DNA of 64,000 nt from an uncultured Nitrospirota bacterium. GTDB lineage: Bacteria > CG2-30-53-67. A program made the position numbers and the translations under genes. Positions 58,322 to 64,000 of this stretch are shown piece by piece (within the stretch, counting starts at the first letter, position 1; every line of letters begins with the position of its first letter). Under the pieces are notes generated by a model that had not been told where the DNA came from, did no database searches, and saw nothing but the letters and a program-made list of their open reading frames with translations. Where the stretch lies: the NCBI GenBank assembly GCA_947259355.1, contig CAMYMF010000013.1:874-64873 (forward strand). The letters are read 5' to 3'.

Positions 58322-59068
58322 CTACTTGTAATGAAAGTACTGGGTCGGCGTACTGCGGCAAAGACAGCTCACCGCGCTATCTATGCAGACCCGTATCGCT
58401 TTTTCCATGGGCGTGTTTTCATACGCCCCTAAAGCCACCGGCATCACCGTCCGTCCGCCGCCGATTCTTGTCCCAATCTGTGCATCAAAGTCAGAGGCCT
58501 TACCTTCGACCCTGGTTGCAAAGATGATCCTGCCCGTCGCCGTATCGACCGCCCGGAGATCAATGGCCATCGCTGCATTTCTGTACCCGCCTCCCAAGCG
58601 AAACGGCAGTCTTGGCATGGCAAGACCCAGTCCTAACCCTGAGGCATCCCTCTCAAATTCCGAGACGACGCCATACACCAGGATCTCCGCTCCTTCCAGG
58701 ACGCCAATGGGTGCTTCCGTTCCCCTCCTGACACGACCGCTTGCGCCCAAGTCCTGCTCAAGCAGCGTGTCCTGGATGGCCTGCCGATCCAGCACGATGA
58801 AACGGTTGCTGTTGAAAAGAGCGGTCACCAACATCTCCCGCAGGCCGTCGCCTATCTCAAGATCCGCATCGCTGGCCTTAACTTGGAAGTCTCCCACGGC
58901 AACCCTGGCCTTCGGCCCGTCGTAGCGCTCCATCTGCGCCTCAACGACCGACGGCCCCTGAAGGTGTGTGACGTGGGCCACGGGCTGGCCGGGCATGGTT
59001 GCACAGCCCTGCATGAACACAAATAGGGGCACCACAAGTGCTCCGGCAAAACGCTGTATCGTTTTCAT
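58322..59068 (-). CDS. CsgG-family (curli-channel-like) outer-membrane lipoprotein
   Basis: Start at MKTIQRF.. (GGAGG RBS). Lipobox FMQGC. VAVGDFQ....IGDGLREMLVTALFNSNRFIVLDRQAIQDTLLEQDL...GAEILVYGVVSEFE matches the CsgG pattern as I recall it. Confidence 0.6.
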   Translation of the reverse strand: MKTIQRFAGALVVPLFVFMQGCATMPGQPVAHVTHLQGPSVVEAQMERYDGPKARVAVGDFQVKASDADLEIGDGLREMLVTALFNSNRFIVLDRQAIQDTLLEQDLGASGRVRRGTEAPIGVLEGAEILVYGVVSEFERDASGLGLGLAMPRLPFRLGGGYRNAAMAIDLRAVDTATGRIIFATRVEGKASDFDAQIGTRIGGGRTVMPVALGAYENTPMEKAIRVCIDSAVSCLCRSTPTQYFHYK

Positions 59069-59236
59069 GGAAACCTCCTCTCTCTGCTTGGCCTCTTTAG
59101 AAACACCCTTCCCATAGATGACTCTGCACGCTTTGTCTTGGTCCGCCTTATGTGCCGCTTTCTTCTTTCTTTGCAAAGCACTGGCTCTCTTATCCCTTGT
59201 TCTCGAGGTGCCAGCATATTTTCCCTTGCACCCAAC

Positions 59237-59389
59237 AAAAAAGCCGAACTCACCAAAGGCTCATCCTTCGGCAGCTCGGCCGTCTCTACGTCTCAAGTAT
59301 TTTAAAGACCCGCCGCTTTCCGTCCCGTCCTCACGGGCGGTTTAGCTTTTCGGGAAAGTCTCTGTGTACAGATTCTCTTTGCTTCACAC
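59237..59389 (-). promoter_or_regulatory. GEMM-I-like leader, copy B, with intrinsic terminator
   Basis: RNA sense: GUGUGAAGCAAAGAGAAUCUGUACACAGAGACUUUCCCGAAAAGCUAAACCGCCCGUGAGGACGGGACGGAAAGCGGCGGGUCUUU..GACGGCCGAGCUGCCGAAGGAUGAGCCUUUGGUGAGUUCGGCUUUUUU. Confidence 0.65.
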
Positions 59390-59898
59390 GCTGAAGATGA
59401 TTTCCTCCCCTTGCCTTCCCAACACCACTGATTTGCTCATTTGTCAAGGCCTCCAAGGGAAAGCTTCGAAATCATTACAAAGCAGATTCCTTTTGTCTGA
59501 AAACAGGAGGAGTTAATAGGGGGAGGAACACGGCGTCTATTATCCTGGATGACAGTTATTGAGCATGGAACCACTTTGGATGAAGAAGAGGCGTTGCTGG
59601 TCTTGGGAGTCCGTTCAGTGTGAGGCCATCAAAATAATTAATAGCTCGCCATCCATTAGCCGTTCTTATGGATGAGAGCGTTTCTATTTCGCGTCGACAG
59701 AGAGGCTCGGTGCGCCATGCGCTCGGGGGAAAGAAACAAGCGCTGGTACGAACCTCTTAGGACTGTATTTTCATGGGCGAAATGGGCGATTTAAGGGGCA
59801 AATCGGGCGCAGATTTGGAGAATAACCCAATGATTTCCAAAGGTTGACTTGGTCCGACCCGCCAGAGCGCCCGCCAGAGCGGCTACCAGAGCCGGACA

Positions 59899-60978
59899 CT
59901 ACTCGCGTGCCTGCGCCATAAGCCTGTGCGAAGCGCGTCCGCTGTGCGCCAGCAATCTATCCGGACTGTCGTGACCTCGCGCCAACAGCTCCCTGTAAAG
60001 GTGCAGCTCCTGCTCGTCCATCGCCTGCATCTGCCGCTCTCCGGCTTCGCTCATCGTCTTCACAGTGGGCCCCAGAGTGAGGGTCGTGCCCAGCCCTGCA
60101 TAAAGGTAGCGAGGTCCGAAGCTCTCCTTCAGGATTGCGAAGGCCGGTTCTCCCGTGCAGTGCACCGGTGCGAGCCATGCCACCTTCCAGGTGTCCCGCA
60201 GCGCGGTCGCAATCCGTCTAATCTCATCGGGCTTCGCGGGCAGTAGATGGGTGCCGCCGAAGACAAGGTGTAGCGGTTTGCCGATCACCGCCTTGGCTGT
60301 CTTGACGATTTTCTCAAGCGTTGGATGACTGCATCCGACAACCAGGACGATGCCGTGGGGGGTATCGATCGCCAATGAGAGCTCCTTTACCTCCAAGTCG
60401 ACGCCCCACGGGCCCTTCAACAAGATCAAGTGGAACCCCGGTGCTATCTCGGTTGTTTCGGTCACCCACGTGAAGTTGCCCTGTGGCCACGCGGTCCCAA
60501 AACGCAACATCTCAGGCGGATTCCCGTCGAAGTAGCGCATCTCAGCAGGTAGAGACTCGTCGCGCTTGTAGAAAGTCCCTGGCAAAGCCGCACCAAAGAC
60601 GCCGAAGTTCTCTTGTGGCACGTAGATCTTCACGCTCGGATTGACACTCATCAGGTGATTCAGGCCACTGGTATGGTCGCCATGGCGATGCGAGACGACC
60701 GCAAAGTCAAGCATGGTGAGGTCCACACCTTTGGCCTTCGCATTGTGCCCAAAAATCTCGGCGTTATTGCCGGTGTCGAACAGGATGCGCTTTCCGCCGA
60801 ACTCAAGGAACGCGGAGAAGCCCCAGTCCTTCTTCATATTGGACGTCTTGCCAAAGGCGTCGTAGAGAATGGTGATCTGCCCCTGGCTCGACTCACCAGG
60901 CGCTTCCGATACGCCCATGGCCATGACTCCGCTGAGGAGCAAAAAGACCGTTACGAAACTTCGTAGTAGATACTGCAT
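59899..60978 (-). CDS. Secreted metallo-beta-lactamase-fold hydrolase
   Basis: Signal peptide MQYLLRSFVTVFLLLSGVMA. ILFDTG and VVSHRHGDHTSGL (HxHxDH) motifs. Confidence 0.8.
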   Translation of the reverse strand: MQYLLRSFVTVFLLLSGVMAMGVSEAPGESSQGQITILYDAFGKTSNMKKDWGFSAFLEFGGKRILFDTGNNAEIFGHNAKAKGVDLTMLDFAVVSHRHGDHTSGLNHLMSVNPSVKIYVPQENFGVFGAALPGTFYKRDESLPAEMRYFDGNPPEMLRFGTAWPQGNFTWVTETTEIAPGFHLILLKGPWGVDLEVKELSLAIDTPHGIVLVVGCSHPTLEKIVKTAKAVIGKPLHLVFGGTHLLPAKPDEIRRIATALRDTWKVAWLAPVHCTGEPAFAILKESFGPRYLYAGLGTTLTLGPTVKTMSEAGERQMQAMDEQELHLYRELLARGHDSPDRLLAHSGRASHRLMAQARE

Positions 60979-61010
60979 GGTAATTCTCCTTCCCCCCGTT
61001 CTCGGGTCCC

Positions 61011-61140
61011 AATAAAAAAGGCCGAACCGCCAAAGGTTGTATCCTTCGGCAGCTCGGCCATCTTCTCTGCAGACTATATTGAAAGACCCGCCGCTTTCCG
61101 TCCCGTCCTTACAGGCGGTTTAGCTTTTCGGGAACGTTAC
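61011..61140 (-). promoter_or_regulatory. GEMM-I-like leader, copy C, with intrinsic terminator
   Basis: RNA sense: GUUCCCGAAAAGCUAAACCGCCUGUAAGGACGGGACGGAAAGCGGCGGGUCUUUC..GGCCGAGCUGCCGAAGGAUACAACCUUUGGCGGUUCGGCCUUUUUU. A 17-bp terminator stem can be drawn. Confidence 0.65.
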
Positions 61141-61787
61141 TGGTGCTGGTCTATCCAGCGGAACACTTGGAAAGAAGATTGTCCACCCCCCAATGATTCC
61201 CCGTTGATCCTTCTTCAAACGATGGCTTTTGTAATTCGAGACCTCCCGTAGAAAGAAAACAGAAAACATTAAATTGATCTCTTTAGTTTTATAAGCCTCC
61301 GCTTTTCAGATGTGTCAAGGCCCATGACAGGAGAACAGAAGTTTATGCCGGCCCTGTTATGCCGTCTTCAAAGCCGCAATCCGACATGTCGGTCGTAATC
61401 CATCTGTTCTGTCCTGTCCGCCACTATACTCTCTCTTCTGGTTCGCTATGGTAAGGCTAGATATATTGAGCTTCTTATGACTTCAATTCACTTGGCATAA
61501 ATGTTTCTTTATGTCTCTGCCGGTATAAGCATTTATTATCAATAGCAGACGCATGCCCCGCAAGCGGTTGGAGTACCATCCATCTTGGCAAAGGCTACGC
61601 GGTGAACTGACGGTCGGCTAAATTTGTCAGGCTGGTCTTTTAACTGATTGGGTTGGGCAGGCTTCAACTGGCTCTCTAGGATGCTGCTTTCACAAGGAGG
61701 TCAGGAAAAATGACGGCGTCAAACCATTCATTCTTTGGCCGCCAGGCTCATTCCTTTCTTTCTAATCTTTTCCGTCGTCTCCCCCCT

Positions 61788-61943
61788 TTAGTCCCCCATG
61801 CTCCCTTCATTTTGAATATCTTGAATCAGTAATTCAGCCGCGATCCACCAAGGGGCATCCCCACGCCACTCGTTTTCGGTCTCGGTCTCTTGGATGCGCA
61901 ATTCAGCAGAAATCCACCAGGGCGCAGCCGGCTGATTATTCAT
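61788..61943 (-). CDS. 51-aa peptide with internal tandem repeat (below the ORF-track cutoff)
   Basis: My translation is MNNQPAAPWWISAELRIQETETENEWRGDAPWWIAAELLIQDIQNEGSMGD. GGAGG lies 6 nt upstream. It follows the partial leader copy D. An antisense ORF (61710..61832) competes with it. Confidence 0.35.
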   Translation of the reverse strand: MNNQPAAPWWISAELRIQETETENEWRGDAPWWIAAELLIQDIQNEGSMGD

Positions 61944-62050
61944 TGATGACCTCCGACTCGCTTTTAAATGATAAATGAGTCAACTACACGTGCGGATTTT
62001 CCTCCTCCGGTCCCTCAAACAGACTCACAAAGTAACAAAGTAAATTCAAC

Positions 62051-62092
62051 TTCTTCCCGTCCTTATGGTCGGTTTAGCGGTTCGGGAAGTCC
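62051..62092 (-). promoter_or_regulatory. Truncated/degenerate copy D of the leader family
   Basis: RNA sense: CUUCCCGAACCGCUAAACCGACCAUAAGGACGGGAAGAAG. It shares the 5' half only, the GNRA loop is lost, and there is no terminator. Confidence 0.3.
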
Positions 62093-62236
62093 AGTTCGCG
62101 GGGATTCTAGTTATTAATTCAATATATTCCCTCCTCTGACCCCACATAACCACCGATTAAGTATTATGTCAACATAGAAAAGAGAAAAACTATATTGACA
62201 ACATAAAATTGACGAATTAAGACAATTATCTTTGAA

Positions 62237-62458
62237 ATGATTAGATTCTCAGGAATTGCAAATGAAATGCGAATCATTACAAGTGTAATTCAGGGGGGTA
62301 CGCGTCGGGCCCGAAGGCAAAGCCCATTCTTTCTTCAGGTCAGCACCGAAAGTGAAGCCGTATCCCTTGCTCTGGACATCATGGTGGCAGAGCAAGAGAT
62401 CACGGAAACGTGGAAGGAAGTGCAGGGCCAGGGAAACTTAAGAAAAATTTTCAAGTGA
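62237..62458 (+). pseudogene. Possible remnant of a type II antitoxin-like gene
   Basis: Only the C-terminal ..SEAVSLALDIMVAEQEITETWKEVQGQGNLRKIF vaguely resembles VapB-type tails. No partner toxin is present. Support is very weak. Confidence 0.2.
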
Positions 62459-62548
62459 TTGGCGCCATCTTCTTATTTCAGGGACTTGCTGTGGTCCGAC
62501 CCGCTGGAGCGCCGGAGCGGTTCTTGCCGCTGCTAAGGAATCTCGTAG

Positions 62549-63703
62549 TTATCCAACGCAGGTGGCCAAAGATTCAAAGCTGTTCCCTGCCTGCCGAAGG
62601 TCCACGTACTGATAAAGAGTATAGGAATAATAAACAGGCGCGAAGTTCTGCACCCAAAGATAACGATAACTATCCCAGCCTGGAGGCACATCGGGATTCT
62701 GATTGCAATGGATAATCGTATTGGGCAAACGACCACATAGACGGCCCCAGCGATCAACATACGCGCCAGGAAAAACCCGTTTGACACATCTATCCAATTG
62801 CTGTATCCATTCGTCTGTCAACCCACGTATGGCCGGGTCATTCCAGGGATCGACCGGAGGTGGTGGTGGAACGGAAGGTCCACCATAGAGCGCCTGGATA
62901 CGCTGAATATCATCAAGTGCTAGAGTTCTGCGCATACCCAAATAAGCTGCGAACATGATGGCGTTTCTGTCTGTAGAATGATCCAGACCCAAGGCGTGTC
63001 CGAACTCGTGAACTGCCACCGATATTAGGTCAAACGTATTAACAGGATTGGGGACGGTGATCGTCCAGGTTTCATCTTCATCAAAATGTGTATCGCCTTG
63101 CAAAGGTGCATTGGGTGGCGGATAGAATGCGTGCGCGAGGGTACTACCGGGACCATCGAAAGGTGCGTTATCACCGTGATCACGGCTGAAGAAACCGATC
63201 ACTATATCCGGACTATCGCTGACTTGGACCTCGGTAAAGGTTAGTTGAGTAACCGCGCCCCAGAGGTTAAGCGCTTCCTGAATAGCGGCAATCGCAGTTG
63301 CCATCGGCAGGTCAGGCGTTACATTGTTGATGGCATATCGCAAATTCAGGGTTGGCCAAGCATCACCAACCCCTTTGACGCCTGCCGGATAGGGAGTATC
63401 TGGGACGCCGCAACGCGGTAAGGATAAGAAAGCCGCGGTTGGCCCATCAATAATACCTGTCTGTTCAATGCCAAAATACCTTTGAAATGCACGGAGGGCC
63501 CTGTAAGTTGCATCGTCGAATACACCGTACTCGTATTCAGGTGCCTGGGGAGAGCGATATCGGCGATAAGGATCAGCCGGATCTTCTAATTTGAGATAAC
63601 CGAAACGGCGCAGGTAATTCTGCAACTCCCGAACTATGTCGCCCTTTGCACCTGTCTCCAATCCGATAGCAGTGCGATCAAAAAACGGTTTACTCTGTTG
63701 CAT
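62549..63703 (-). CDS. Matrixin (M10A, MMP-like) zinc metalloprotease with PG-binding-like prodomain and cysteine switch
   Basis: Prodomain GDIVRELQNYLRRFGYL...ALRAFQRYFGIEQTGIIDG. PRCGVPD at 63398-63418. HEFGHALGLDH at 62978-63010. Met-turn AIMFAAY. A proline linker and a Cys-containing C-terminal domain follow. Confidence 0.85.
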   Translation of the reverse strand: MQQSKPFFDRTAIGLETGAKGDIVRELQNYLRRFGYLKLEDPADPYRRYRSPQAPEYEYGVFDDATYRALRAFQRYFGIEQTGIIDGPTAAFLSLPRCGVPDTPYPAGVKGVGDAWPTLNLRYAINNVTPDLPMATAIAAIQEALNLWGAVTQLTFTEVQVSDSPDIVIGFFSRDHGDNAPFDGPGSTLAHAFYPPPNAPLQGDTHFDEDETWTITVPNPVNTFDLISVAVHEFGHALGLDHSTDRNAIMFAAYLGMRRTLALDDIQRIQALYGGPSVPPPPPVDPWNDPAIRGLTDEWIQQLDRCVKRVFPGAYVDRWGRLCGRLPNTIIHCNQNPDVPPGWDSYRYLWVQNFAPVYYSYTLYQYVDLRQAGNSFESLATCVG

Positions 63704-63849
63704 CCCTTCTCCTCAGGTGTTATGTACGCGTCTCAGACTGCCATGATTCAGAAGAACGAATAAGATTGACACATCAACGATGACAATCTCAAAATTTTCA
63801 GAATCCTCGGTTAATCTTTAAGAGTCTGACAGAGAACACATTGAATCCC

Positions 63850-64000
63850 TTTAGTGCCGAAAGAGCTCATTAGGTTTTTCCCTCACCGTCTCCTCCTGCC
63901 CCGTACTCTAAAAACCCCCTGCTTTCCGTCCCGTCCTCACGGGCAGTTTAGCTTTTCGGGAAAATTTCGCTCTACAGATTCTTTTTGCTTCAAACGTTCA
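63850..64000 (-). promoter_or_regulatory. GEMM-I-like leader, copy E (5' end runs off the window)
   Basis: RNA sense: GAAGCAAAAAGAAUCUGUAGAGCGAAAUUUUCCCGAAAAGCUAAACUGCCCGUGAGGACGGGACGGAAAGCAGGGGGUUUUU...AAAAACCUAAUGAGCUC. No strong terminator is seen. Confidence 0.55.

Noticed and set aside
59442-59451. Shared GGCCTTGACA upstream of leader copies B (59442-59451) and C (61313-61322) as a common promoter
   Set aside because: The -35 hexamer is perfect in both. However, I could not find a convincing -10 at 16-18 nt in B, and in C TATAAA sits at 19 nt. The distance to the aptamer also differs greatly (about 55 versus about 180 nt). It is therefore mentioned but not called.
61710-61832. 40-aa plus-strand ORF (MTASNHSFFGRQAHSFLSNLFRRLPPLVPHAPFILNILNQ) with AAGGAGG RBS
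   Set aside because: Not fully rejected. It overlaps the minus-strand repeat peptide in antisense. I favoured the minus-strand ORF because of its internal duplication and its position behind a leader copy, but neither is proven.

Overview
High-GC chromosomal segment from a Gram-negative bacterium. Gene content (cobA-hemD fusion, class III PHA synthase, order of the lipid A cluster) suggests a Desulfobacterota/deltaproteobacterial type; this is inference only. The window falls into four parts. (1) 0.3-24 kb is an outer-membrane biogenesis block: a large secreted TSP3/beta-helix protein, bamA, skp, lpxD, fabZ, lpxA, a deoxyhypusine-synthase-like unknown, hldE, a Gfo/Idh/MocA oxidoreductase, lpxB, msbA, DUF374, waaA, lpxK, gmhB, a structured tandem repeat, a trm112-like gene, a heptosyltransferase and a GT2 enzyme. 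Many of these junctions have 4-nt start/stop overlaps. (2) 24-30 kb is a minus-strand PHA locus: an SDR reductase, phaC-phaE class III synthase, two paralogous phasin-like genes, a coiled-coil protein and an RHH protein. It is followed by exbBD, a methyltransferase and a PAS histidine kinase. (3) 34-42 kb is a heme operon (ccsA/hemX-like, hemA, hemC, cobA-hemD, hemB, hemL), followed by housekeeping genes (nth, rlpA, pgi, DUF89, M48 protease). (4) 48.8-64 kb is the most unusual part and is by eye more AT-rich than the rest. It carries five minus-strand copies (three well preserved, two decayed) of a leader resembling a GEMM-I cyclic-dinucleotide riboswitch; two of them have intact terminators. 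These leaders precede an FG-GAP propeller protein, a CsgG-like lipoprotein / Sec-type RHS / secreted protein operon, an MBL hydrolase, a 51-aa tandem-repeat peptide, and a eukaryote-like matrixin with an intact PRCGVPD cysteine switch. The RHS protein has an atypical 842-aa region after its DPLGL motif. No tRNA, rRNA, CRISPR array or intact mobile element was recognised. All calls rest on reading the sequence and recalled family motifs; no searches were run.
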